Part shown: piece by piece, positions 8,958 through 17,298 of the stretch | How the letters are laid out: every line of letters begins with the position of its first letter | Numbering within the stretch: the first letter of the stretch is position 1 | From: Candidatus Limadaptatus stercorigallinarum | GTDB lineage: Bacteria; Bacillota; Clostridia; Christensenellales; CAG-917 | Assembly: GCA_018714975.1 (NCBI GenBank) | Contig: DVMN01000059.1 | Location: 1-38,862 of the forward strand | Length of the DNA stretch: 38,862 nt | Direction: 5' to 3' | The notes under the pieces: generated by a model | Database searches by the model: none | What the model was told of the DNA's origin: nothing | Seen by the model: the letters and a program-made list of their open reading frames with translations, nothing else | Made by a program: the position numbers and the translations under genes

Positions 8958-9746
8958 ATGGCGAAAAACATCAGGGAAGTCGAACTGTTTCTGTTCGACC
9001 TCGACGGCACCGTTTACATCGGCGACAACGAAATAGAAGGTTCGTTTGCCGCAGTCAACCGCTTGCGCGAAATGGGCAAGCGCATCTGCTTTTTCACCAA
9101 CAACAGTTCCAGAATGCATACGGACTACATCGCGCGCCTGAACAATCTCGGTCTGCGCGTGTATTCCGACGAGATTTACACCAGCGGACAGGTCACCTGC
9201 GAATATCTTCTCGACAATTACCGCGGCAAAAAAGTTTATCTGCTCGGCAACGACCGTCTGCGCTCCGAATTTGAGATGTACGGCATCGAGCTCGTCGAGG
9301 ACGACCCCGACCTTGCCGTCATAGGTTTCGACACTTCTCTCACTTATGACAAACTTTACAAATTCTGCCGTTTCGTGAACGACGGACTGCCGTTTATTGC
9401 GACGCACCCCGACAATTTCTGCCCCGCGGAAGGATGCCCGATGCCCGACGTCGGGGCGATGCTTTCCGCGATAAAACTCACCGTCGGGAGGGACCCCGAC
9501 CTGGTGATGGGCAAGCCGCACCGTACGGCGGGGCAGAGGATAGCGCTGAAATACAACCTGCCGCCGCGCAAGATAGCGATGGTCGGCGACAGGCTTTACA
9601 CGGACATCGCTTTCGGCAAGAACTGCGGTTTCGTGTCCGTGCTGGTGTTGTCGGGCGAAACCACGGCGGAGGCGGCGGCGAAGTCGAAGGTGAAGCCGGA
9701 CTATATCCTGAGTGCGGTGAGAGAGATACCCGATATGCTCGTGTGA
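8958..9746 (+). CDS. HAD-IIA (NagD/AraL-like) sugar-phosphate phosphatase
   Basis: FLFDLDGTVYIGDNEIEGS (DxDGT motif I), FFTNNSS (motif II) and MVGDRLYTDIAFG (motif IV). AAGGAAGGAA precedes the ATG. Confidence 0.8.
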   Translation: MAKNIREVELFLFDLDGTVYIGDNEIEGSFAAVNRLREMGKRICFFTNNSSRMHTDYIARLNNLGLRVYSDEIYTSGQVTCEYLLDNYRGKKVYLLGNDRLRSEFEMYGIELVEDDPDLAVIGFDTSLTYDKLYKFCRFVNDGLPFIATHPDNFCPAEGCPMPDVGAMLSAIKLTVGRDPDLVMGKPHRTAGQRIALKYNLPPRKIAMVGDRLYTDIAFGKNCGFVSVLVLSGETTAEAAAKSKVKPDYILSAVREIPDMLV

Positions 9747-9756
9747 GCATATGTAT

Positions 9757-9778
9757 ATGCGCAGAAATGCGCATTTTA
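9757..9778 (+). terminator. Intrinsic terminator after the HAD gene
   Basis: ATGCGCA (9757-9763), GAAA tetraloop, TGCGCAT (9768-9774), running into TTTT. Confidence 0.55.
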
Positions 9779-9804
9779 TCATACGTTTTTGCGTGTATGA
9801 ATTC

Positions 9805-9918
9805 GCATATGTGCAAATTCGGCGGCGGCTATGTGCGCAAAGGTGCATATGCGCCCGCGGGGCGCGCGTCCTTTTTGCGGGCAGAAGCGCCAAGGACGGA
9901 AAATCTGCGCATATGCGC
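9805..9918 (+). promoter_or_regulatory. Array of GCATATG(C/T)GC palindromic boxes upstream of the symporter gene (candidate operator sites)
   Basis: GCATATGTGC at 9805-9814 and GCATATGCGC at 9845-9854. A perfect 12-nt palindrome, GCGCATATGCGC, sits at 9907-9918, 4 nt upstream of the SD AAGGAG (9923-9928). Confidence 0.35.
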
Positions 9919-9935
9919 TTGCAAGGAGATATAAG

Positions 9936-11555
9936 ATGCCCTCATTGATTTCCGCGGCGGGAGGCGAAGTCTGGCCGCAATGGCTGATTTTCGGAGTGTA
10001 TATGGCGGTCATTCTCGCCGTTGCGCTCATCACGCGCCGCAAGAGTACGAGCGTGGAAGGTTTTATGTTCGCCAACAAGGGAGTGGGCGGCTGGCTGTCC
10101 GCATTCGCTTACGGCGCGACGTACTTTTCCGCCGTGGTTTTCGTCGGATACGCGGGCAAATTCGGCTGGAATTTCGGGCTTTCCGCGGTCTGGATAGGCA
10201 TCGGGAATATGATTATCGGCACGCTTGCCGCGTGGCTGGTGCTGGCAAACAGGACCAAGGTCATGACCGCGAAACTCGGCGCTCGCACAATGCCGGAATT
10301 TTTCGAGAAAAGGTATGAGAGCAAGTATATAAAACTCTTTGCCGCCCTTACGATATTCGTGTTTTTGCTGCCTTATTCCGCGTCGGTCTATCAGGGGATG
10401 GGCTATATATTCGAGGCGGCGCTCGGCATCGACTCTATGTGGTGCATTCTGATACTCGCGGCGCTGACGGCGGCGTATCTCTTCCTCGGCGGCTATTTAG
10501 CCACCACAATCACGGACTTCATCCAGGGGCTTATAATGATTGTCGGCATTGTCGTCACGGTGTTTATGCTGCTCGACCTGCCGCAGATGAATTGGGGAGA
10601 GGGGCTCGGCGCGCTGTTTGCGGACCCCGACCTCACTCTCATTCCCAACCCCGTCACCCCCGAAGGCGGCACATTCCTCGACAATCAGCTGTTCAACATA
10701 ATCATACTCGTGTGCCTGACGTCTTTCGGTATGTGGGGTATGCCGCAGTCCATACACAAGTTTTATGCCATAAAGGACAAAGCCGCCATACGCAAAGGGG
10801 CGGTCATTTCCACGGTTTTTTCCGCGATAGTCGGCTGCGGAGCGTACTTTATGGGAAGTATGATTACGCGTTTCGTCAGCGAAGTGCCGGACGGCAACTT
10901 CGACAGGCTCGTGCCCACGATGCTGGTGGAAAATCTGCCTTCCGCATTGCTGGGGCTCATTATAGTGCTGCTGTTTTCCGCGTCTATGTCCACGCTTGCC
11001 GCGCTGTCGTTGTCTTCCAGCTCCACCGTGACCGTGGACTTTTATAAGGGCTACGTCAGAAAAACCGCTCCCGAAAGCAATCTCAACATACTGATACGCG
11101 TGCTGTGTCTGGTGTTCGTGGCGGTGTCCGCCGTGCTCGCCATAGTGGAGATAGACGCCATAGTCAGTATGATGAGCCTGAGCTGGGGCGCGATAGCGGG
11201 CTGCTTTATGGGGCCTTACGTTTACGGGCTGTACAGCAAAAAGGCGAACAAAGCGGGCGCGTACGCTTCCATAATCTTCTCGCTCCTGCTCACTTTCGCG
11301 CTCATCGTCGGGCTCGGCTATTTCTCGCTGCGCTCGGACGGGCTGGACCCCGCATTCGGAGAAGCGTTCAAGGCGGGCATAGGTCAGTCGCCTTTCATAG
11401 GCGTGGTGACGATGGCGGCGAGTATGATAGTGACACCCGTCGCGAGCCTGATATTCTCGCGCAAATGCGCGGTCAGCCGCGAACTTCTGGACTCGATTTT
11501 CCCCGCCGCGCTGCCGAAGCATCTCGTATACTCCCGCGCCGCGAAACAGGATTGA
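9936..11555 (+). CDS. Sodium:solute symporter (SSS) family transporter
   Basis: About 13 TM segments. The N-terminal region ...ITRRKSTSVEGFMFANKGVGGWLSAFAYGATYFSAVVFVGYAGKFGW is typical of PutP/PanF-type SSS proteins. AAGGAG lies 7 nt before ATG 9936. Confidence 0.8.
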   Translation: MPSLISAAGGEVWPQWLIFGVYMAVILAVALITRRKSTSVEGFMFANKGVGGWLSAFAYGATYFSAVVFVGYAGKFGWNFGLSAVWIGIGNMIIGTLAAWLVLANRTKVMTAKLGARTMPEFFEKRYESKYIKLFAALTIFVFLLPYSASVYQGMGYIFEAALGIDSMWCILILAALTAAYLFLGGYLATTITDFIQGLIMIVGIVVTVFMLLDLPQMNWGEGLGALFADPDLTLIPNPVTPEGGTFLDNQLFNIIILVCLTSFGMWGMPQSIHKFYAIKDKAAIRKGAVISTVFSAIVGCGAYFMGSMITRFVSEVPDGNFDRLVPTMLVENLPSALLGLIIVLLFSASMSTLAALSLSSSSTVTVDFYKGYVRKTAPESNLNILIRVLCLVFVAVSAVLAIVEIDAIVSMMSLSWGAIAGCFMGPYVYGLYSKKANKAGAYASIIFSLLLTFALIVGLGYFSLRSDGLDPAFGEAFKAGIGQSPFIGVVTMAASMIVTPVASLIFSRKCAVSRELLDSIFPAALPKHLVYSRAAKQD

Positions 11556-11575
11556 ACGTGCGCGCATATAACGCG

Positions 11576-11601
11576 AAAGGCGAGGCAGGTGCCTCGCCTT
11601 T
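11576..11601. terminator. Bidirectional intrinsic terminator between convergent genes
   Basis: AAAGGCGAGGC (11576-11586), loop AGGT, GCCTCGCCTTT (11591-11601). Confidence 0.7.
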
Positions 11602-11658
11602 CTGCGTAAGGGGGGAGATTATTTCATCATAAGTGATGTCGTAAATCGGTTGCGGCGG

Positions 11659-12309
11659 TCACTTCTCTTCGAGCACGAGGACGTCGAGAGGGTTGATGTC
11701 CGTGCCGTCCTTGCTCATCTCGAAGTGGAGATGGTTGCCCGCAAGGCTTTCCGAGCCGCGGGAAGCGGACATCGTGCCGAGAAGCTGACCTTTTTCCACG
11801 GTGTCGCCCTTGGCGACTTCTATGTTCTCGTCGAGAGAGTAGTAGCGGGTCTGATAGCCGTCTTCGTGGTCGATGACGACGTAATTGCCTTCAAGCACGT
11901 CCGTGCCGACTTCCGAAACCGTGCCCGCTTCCGCCGCAAAGACGGAGAGGTCGTCACCCGTAAAGTCCACGCCGAGGTGCACTTCGTACTGTCCGAGGGT
12001 GTCGTTCCACACAAGGACGGTGTCGCTGTATTCGAGAGATACCGTGCCGTTGACGGGGGACTCGAAGGAGAGGGTGGGCTCTTCGGGTTCGTCGGGCTTT
12101 TCGTCGGGGTCGTCGGGTTCGTCGGGCGTACCGGGGTCGTCGGGTTCGGGCTGAACGACTGCGGAACCGGGGTCGGAACCGAAATCACCGCTGGCTGCAA
12201 GCGCAATGACGGTTGCCACCGACGCTATGCAGAGCACGATGAGAAGATAGAAAGCGTTTCTCTTCATAAATTCGCCGATTTTTTTTGCGGCAACTGAAAT
12301 TTTGCTCAT
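11659..12309 (-). CDS. Membrane-anchored M23 (LytM-domain) metallopeptidase with SpoIIQ-like architecture
   Basis: N-terminal TM (FYLLIVLCIASVATVIALA), a Pro/Asp/Glu linker, then HLGVDF (HxxxD), GNYVVIDHEDGYQTRYYSL and NHLHFE (HxH). GGAGGT lies 6 nt before the ATG. Confidence 0.8.
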   Translation of the reverse strand: MSKISVAAKKIGEFMKRNAFYLLIVLCIASVATVIALAASGDFGSDPGSAVVQPEPDDPGTPDEPDDPDEKPDEPEEPTLSFESPVNGTVSLEYSDTVLVWNDTLGQYEVHLGVDFTGDDLSVFAAEAGTVSEVGTDVLEGNYVVIDHEDGYQTRYYSLDENIEVAKGDTVEKGQLLGTMSASRGSESLAGNHLHFEMSKDGTDINPLDVLVLEEK

Positions 12310-12417
12310 AGCATTACCTCCGTTTGGCGTGATTATCGACTGCGCGGGGAGGATTTATACATATCGGACAAAAAATTTTTTTTGTGTTCTTATCCAGCGG
12401 CAAGTGGGTTTTGCATA

Positions 12418-12447
12418 TTGACGACGCGCGCGTGTGCGACTTATAAT
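12418..12447 (+). promoter_or_regulatory. Sigma-A-type promoter placed for a leaderless or near-leaderless transcript of the five-gene operon
   Basis: TTGACG (12418-12423), 18-nt spacer, TATAAT (12442-12447). The first in-frame ATG (12454) begins 7 nt after the -10 box, and no SD lies between them. Confidence 0.5.
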
Positions 12448-12453
12448 AAAGCC

Positions 12454-13995
12454 ATGGTAAAGGAGAATGCGTCGTTTTACGATTATATGCGCACCTACCG
12501 CCCGAAGGACGGCAAGGCTGCGGCATTTATAAGAGGCAGCAGACGCATGACTTTCGGCAGGCTTTTCCGCGAGGTCGAACGCGTTGCGGGCGGGCTTGCG
12601 GCGCTCGGCATAGGCAGAGGCGACGTGGTTATGCTCGCGCTGCCCACGATAGAGCAGGGCATAGTGGCTTTTTATGCGGTTTCGCGTATCGGGGCGGTCG
12701 CGTCAATGATACATCCGCTGATGGCGAGGGGGGAATTCGACAGAGCGGTCGCAGAACAGCGGCCGAAAGCGGTTTTTCTTTCCGACATCAATTTCAGAAG
12801 ACTGGGCAAAGGGCTGAAAGGCGTGAAGAGGATTGTGTGTCCTTACGCCGCTTACGGCTATATCGGGCTTCCGCGTCCCGCGAAGTTCACGCCCTACGAA
12901 GGCGACGGGTCCGAGCCCGCGGTGTATATGCGTTCGGGCGGCACGTCGGGCGAGCCTAAGACGGTGGTGCTGTCCGCCGCGGCGGCAAACGCTCTTACGG
13001 GCAATCTGTTCACGACGCTTGCGGGCGACACTTTCGACGAACGCGACAGAATGCTCACCGCGCTGCCTATGTTCCACGGTTTCGGGCTGCTGGTCGGGCT
13101 GCACACGGTGATGTGCGTTTCCGCGGCGCCCGTGCTTATGCCCGTATTCCGCGCGGACAAGGCGGTGCGCGCCATAGCGAAGCACGGCGTCACGCTTATG
13201 ATAGCCGTGCCGGGTATGATAAACAAACTGCTCGCGCAGGAAGAATTCCGCGGCGCGAACGTGCGCACTCTGCGCCACGTCTACGTCGGCGGCGACACCG
13301 TCGACGCGGAGCTCGAAAAGCGTTTCGACGAGCGTATGAGGGAGGCGGGTACGGAGTGCGTGCTTTCACCCGGATACGGGCTCACCGAAACGGGGAGCGT
13401 GTGCGTGCTTTCTCCCGAAAAGGCGGGCGGCGCTGCGCTGGGGAAACCGCTTGCGAATATGCGCTGCCGCATAGTCGGCGAGGACGGAAAAGACGTCGCG
13501 AAGGGCGAAACGGGCGAACTGCTGCTGACGGGCAACCAGCTTATGCTGGGTTACCTCGACGACGAGGAGGGGACGCGCGCCGTGTATGCCCGCGAGGACG
13601 GCACGGACTGGCTGAAAACGGGGGATATGTTCAAGGAACTTCCCGACGGCTCGCTGTTCTTTATGGGGCGGAAAAAAAGGCTCATCAAGATATCGGGCGT
13701 CAACGTGTTCCCCGCGGAAATCGAGCGGGCGGCGGTGGAACTGCCTTTCGTCGGACCTTGCGCCGCGATAGAGGTCAGGGAGAACAACAAGCCGTTTATC
13801 GCGCTGTTTGTGACGGGTAAACTGTCCGATGAGCAAATAAAGACTGTGAAGAAACATATCGTGGACCAACTTTCCAAGTGGCACGAACCGAAATACGTTT
13901 TGTGCGTGGACGCGCTTCCGCGCACGCAGATAGGAAAAACGGACTATGTGAGGTTGAGCGATGAATTTGAACAAAATCGCAAAAAAAGTTCATAA
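12454..13995 (+). CDS. AMP-forming acyl-CoA synthetase / fatty-acid ligase family protein
   Basis: YMRSGGTSGEPKTVVLS (AMP-binding P-loop-like motif), GYGLTETG, WLKTGD, GRKKRLIKISGVNVFPAEIE and a C-terminal GKTDY lysine. Confidence 0.85.
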   Translation: MVKENASFYDYMRTYRPKDGKAAAFIRGSRRMTFGRLFREVERVAGGLAALGIGRGDVVMLALPTIEQGIVAFYAVSRIGAVASMIHPLMARGEFDRAVAEQRPKAVFLSDINFRRLGKGLKGVKRIVCPYAAYGYIGLPRPAKFTPYEGDGSEPAVYMRSGGTSGEPKTVVLSAAAANALTGNLFTTLAGDTFDERDRMLTALPMFHGFGLLVGLHTVMCVSAAPVLMPVFRADKAVRAIAKHGVTLMIAVPGMINKLLAQEEFRGANVRTLRHVYVGGDTVDAELEKRFDERMREAGTECVLSPGYGLTETGSVCVLSPEKAGGAALGKPLANMRCRIVGEDGKDVAKGETGELLLTGNQLMLGYLDDEEGTRAVYAREDGTDWLKTGDMFKELPDGSLFFMGRKKRLIKISGVNVFPAEIERAAVELPFVGPCAAIEVRENNKPFIALFVTGKLSDEQIKTVKKHIVDQLSKWHEPKYVLCVDALPRTQIGKTDYVRLSDEFEQNRKKSS

Positions 13996-15697
13996 GATAG
14001 CCCCCTCCGTAAAGGTGGAGGAGTACCGCGGCTGCGTGAGGCTGACAGGGGAGCTCGACAGCTGGGACGCGATATACCGCTGCGGCGTCGCCGCGGTGAG
14101 CAAGAAGTTCCTCGGAGTGCTGAACGACATCCGTCTGAAAGGCTTCCGCGAGGAGATGAAGGTGCCTTCGCTGCGCGACGGAGCGCTTGAAGGCAGGACC
14201 CCCGACGTGATGATTATAGGCGGCGGAATAATGGGCTGTTCGCTTGCGCGCGAGCTTTCCAGACTGGACATCGACGTGCTGATGGTGGACAAAGCCAACG
14301 ACGTCGCGACGGGTGCGTCGTCCAGAAACGACGGCTGCATACACCCCGGCATAGACCTGCACAAGGGACAGCTCAAACTGCATTACGTCCTGCGCGGCAA
14401 CGCGATGTACTCCAAGCTGTGCGAGGAGCTGGGGTGCGACTTCGAACGCTGGGCGCAGACGTTTATGTTCAGCACGAAGTGGGAGAGATACATAATCGCG
14501 CCGCTTATGCTGCTCAAAGGCAAGCTGCTCGGCGTGCCCGATATGAGTTTCAAGTCGCCCGCGGAGATGAAAAAAATCGAACCTCATCCGCCGAAGTGGC
14601 TGACGGGGGCGGTGTATATGGCGTCCGCAGGCGTGGTGTCGCCTTACAAGGTCACAATCGCGCTGGCGGAGAATGCGGCGGAAAACGGCGCGCAGATTTC
14701 GCTCAATACCGTGGTCGAGGGGATGGATGTCAGGGACGGCGTCGTCACCGCCGTGCACACCAACCGCGGCACGGTGCGTCCGAAGATAGTCGTCAACGCG
14801 GCGGGCGCGTACAGCGACGTAATCGCGGAGATGGCGGGGGACAGGACTTTCACCATTCACCCGCGCAAGGGCACGGACCTCATTCTCGACAAGAAGAAGG
14901 CGTACTACGCCGTGTCGTCCTTTGCGCGCAGTTATTTCGCGCCGCTGCCCAAAGAGGCGCAGGAGCAGACGCACGCGGCGGTGGGTCACACCAAAGGCGG
15001 CGGCGTAATGCGCACCGTGGACGGCAACATTCTCGTCGGACCCAACGCGGTGGAGCAGCCGTACCGCGAGGACACTTCCACCAATCTGGACGACGTAATG
15101 GCGATAATCAGGAAGCAGAAGGTCGCGGCGGACGAGCTTTCCACCGCCGACATCATCACTTATTTCGCGGGAGTGCGCGCGGCGACGTACGAAGAGGATT
15201 TCGTTGTGCGCAAGGGCATTTTCACAAAGAACGTCATCGAAACCGCGGGCATACAGTCGCCGGGCATAACGGCGGCTCCCGCGATTGCGTGCGACGTGCG
15301 TGCGTGGGTCAAGGAAATGCTGGGCGCGAAGGACAGGAAGGATTTCAATCCCGTGCGCAAGCACACGCCCAAACTTGCCGACCTTACGGAAGCGGAGCGC
15401 GAGGAGTTCGTGAAGCGCAATCCCGCTTACGGCGAAATCGTATGCAGATGTGAAGAAGTGAGCAAAGGAGAAATCGTCGACGCGCTGGAATCCCCCCTCA
15501 AAGTCTGCACCGTGGACGGCATTAAGCGCCGTGTGCGCCCGGGTATGGGCAGATGTCAGGGCGGGTTCTGTTCGCCTCTCGTCATCAAAATCATCGCCGA
15601 GCACGAGGGCATAGCGCCCGAAGACGTGCTCAAAGGGGACGAGGGCAGCGTGATACTTTACGGAGATACGAAGAAAGCGGCGGAGGGCAAGGAATGA
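13961..15697 (+). CDS. FAD-dependent glycerol-3-phosphate dehydrogenase-like oxidoreductase (GlpA-like) with an N-terminal BON-like segment and a C-terminal BFD-type [2Fe-2S] module
   Basis: VMIIGGGIMGCSLARELS...ATGASSRNDGCIHPG (DAO-type FAD fold) and CRCEEVSKGEIV...GMGRCQGGFC (BFD-like). N-terminal VKVEEYRGCVRLTGELDSWD...GVLNDIRLK is BON-like. Overlaps the upstream gene by 35 nt. ATG 14156 is an alternative start that would remove the BON-like part. Confidence 0.75.
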   Translation: MNLNKIAKKVHKIAPSVKVEEYRGCVRLTGELDSWDAIYRCGVAAVSKKFLGVLNDIRLKGFREEMKVPSLRDGALEGRTPDVMIIGGGIMGCSLARELSRLDIDVLMVDKANDVATGASSRNDGCIHPGIDLHKGQLKLHYVLRGNAMYSKLCEELGCDFERWAQTFMFSTKWERYIIAPLMLLKGKLLGVPDMSFKSPAEMKKIEPHPPKWLTGAVYMASAGVVSPYKVTIALAENAAENGAQISLNTVVEGMDVRDGVVTAVHTNRGTVRPKIVVNAAGAYSDVIAEMAGDRTFTIHPRKGTDLILDKKKAYYAVSSFARSYFAPLPKEAQEQTHAAVGHTKGGGVMRTVDGNILVGPNAVEQPYREDTSTNLDDVMAIIRKQKVAADELSTADIITYFAGVRAATYEEDFVVRKGIFTKNVIETAGIQSPGITAAPAIACDVRAWVKEMLGAKDRKDFNPVRKHTPKLADLTEAEREEFVKRNPAYGEIVCRCEEVSKGEIVDALESPLKVCTVDGIKRRVRPGMGRCQGGFCSPLVIKIIAEHEGIAPEDVLKGDEGSVILYGDTKKAAEGKE

Positions 15698-16941
15698 AGA
15701 ATTACGACGTTGTGGTCATAGGCGGCGGTCCTGCGGGGCTTGCCGCGGCGGAGAGCGCGTGCAAGGCGGGCGCGAAAACCGCGGTTCTCGAAAGGGAAGC
15801 GAGGCTGGGCGGCATACTCAAACAGTGCGTGCACGACGGTTTCGGACTGATACGCTTCGGCGAGAAACTTGCAGGACCGGAGTATGCGGAAAGGTATATA
15901 GATTTCGTGAAAGCCCTTCCCATCGACGCGTATACGCTCACTTTCGTGACGAAACTCGAAAAGAAGGCGGACGGCTTTGCCATCACCTGCGTGAGCCGCG
16001 AAGGTATGCTGGATTTCACCGCAAAGGCAATAGTCCTCGCCACGGGCTGCCGCGAAAGGACGGCGAAACAGGTGCTCATCCAGGGCACCCGTCCCGCGGG
16101 CGTTTTCACGGCGGGCACGGCGCAGAATTTCGTCAACCTGATGGGCAAAATGCCCGCGAAAAAGTGCGTCATACTCGGCAGCGGCGACATAGGGCTCATT
16201 ATGGCGCGTCGCCTTACGCTGGAAGGCGCGGAGGTCGAGGGCGTGTACGAAGTCAAGCCCGAACCCAGCGGACTGACCAGAAACATACATCAGTGCCTGC
16301 ACGACTTTGACATCCCCCTCCACCTTTCGCACACCGTCACCCGCGTGTTCGGCGCGGACAGGCTGACTGCCGTCGAAGTCGCAAAGGTGGATGACAAGAT
16401 GAAACCCGTCAAGGGCACGGAGAGGATAATCGAGTGCGATGCGCTCATCCTTTCCGTCGGACTCATCCCCGAAAACGAGCTTGCCGAAAGCCTCGGCGTG
16501 AAGATAAATCCCTTCACGAAAGGTCCCGACTGCGACCAGACGTATATGAGTTCCGTGGACGGAGTGTTCTCCGCGGGCAACGCGCTCAACGTGTTCGACC
16601 TTGTGGACTACGTTTCGGAATGCGCCGCGGACGCGGGCGCGAATGCGGCGAAATTCTTGCCGTCTTCCTCTTGCGTCAGGCTGGAAAGAGGGCAGGGACT
16701 GCTCTCGTATGTGCCTCACCGCATAGACCTCGGCAAGCCGCAGGACAAGGTTGTGTTCTTCTTCCGTTCCGCGAAGGATATGGACCGCGGCACTCTGCGC
16801 ATTCTCGCGGACGGCAAAGAAGTTTACAAGAAGAAGTTCTCCTTCCTGCGTCCGCCCGAAATGCAGAGAGTGGAGATAGATTTCTCCGCATTCGGACTGA
16901 ACGCGAAGAGCAAACTCACCGTCGAATTGGAGGAAAACTGA
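15694..16941 (+). CDS. NAD(P)/FAD-dependent oxidoreductase (second subunit of the clostridial-type GlpA-like set)
   Basis: MKNYDVVVIGGGPAGLAAAESA (GxGxxG), a second dinucleotide fold CVILGSGDIGLIMA, and ATGA start/stop overlap with the upstream gene. Confidence 0.8.
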   Translation: MKNYDVVVIGGGPAGLAAAESACKAGAKTAVLEREARLGGILKQCVHDGFGLIRFGEKLAGPEYAERYIDFVKALPIDAYTLTFVTKLEKKADGFAITCVSREGMLDFTAKAIVLATGCRERTAKQVLIQGTRPAGVFTAGTAQNFVNLMGKMPAKKCVILGSGDIGLIMARRLTLEGAEVEGVYEVKPEPSGLTRNIHQCLHDFDIPLHLSHTVTRVFGADRLTAVEVAKVDDKMKPVKGTERIIECDALILSVGLIPENELAESLGVKINPFTKGPDCDQTYMSSVDGVFSAGNALNVFDLVDYVSECAADAGANAAKFLPSSSCVRLERGQGLLSYVPHRIDLGKPQDKVVFFFRSAKDMDRGTLRILADGKEVYKKKFSFLRPPEMQRVEIDFSAFGLNAKSKLTVELEEN

Positions 16942-17276
16942 TGGAACTGGTATGTATCGTATGTCCGAAAGGATGCAGAATGACAGTCGAAAACGGCGTC
17001 GTGACGGGCAACACCTGTAAAAAGGGAGAGGCGTTCGCAAAAGCGGAAGCGACCTGCCCGATGCGTACGGTGTGCAGCACAGTCGCCACCGCTTTCGCCG
17101 GTATGCCCGTGCTGCCCGTGCGCACGGACGGCGAAATCCCGAAGAGCAAGATAGGGGAACTGATGCAACTGATAAACGGCATCAGAGTCACGGAAAAATT
17201 GCACCGCGGCGACGTCGTCGCGGCTTCCGTGGTGGGGACGGACGTCAACCTCATCGCCACGGCAACCATATATTGA
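16941..17276 (+). CDS. DUF1667 domain-containing protein (small Cys-rich subunit)
   Basis: MELVCIVCPKGCRMTVENGVVTGNTCKKGEAF is the typical DUF1667 N-terminus. The start shares one base with the upstream TGA. Confidence 0.8.
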   Translation: MELVCIVCPKGCRMTVENGVVTGNTCKKGEAFAKAEATCPMRTVCSTVATAFAGMPVLPVRTDGEIPKSKIGELMQLINGIRVTEKLHRGDVVAASVVGTDVNLIATATIY

Positions 17277-17298
17277 GCGCAAGTTAAAGGAGAAGATT

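Noticed and set aside
9751-9948. Small ORFs (65-166 aa) in the HAD-symporter intergenic region
   Set aside because: They have no SD, their translations are Arg/Cys-rich, and they overlap the palindromic boxes and the terminator. These are most likely non-coding.
13796-17040. Long minus-strand ORFs (13796..15604, 15658..17040) opposite the GlpA-like genes
   Set aside because: The translations are Arg/His-rich with no recognisable motifs, while the plus-strand frames give textbook FAD-binding motifs and start/stop coupling. These are shadow ORFs. The same reasoning applies to 379..1326(-), 7763..8938(-), 8778..9893(-), 10497..11567(-), 17725..18942(-), 21790..23646(-), 29423..30565(-), 33025..34878(-), 34847..35872(-) and 36892..37995(-).
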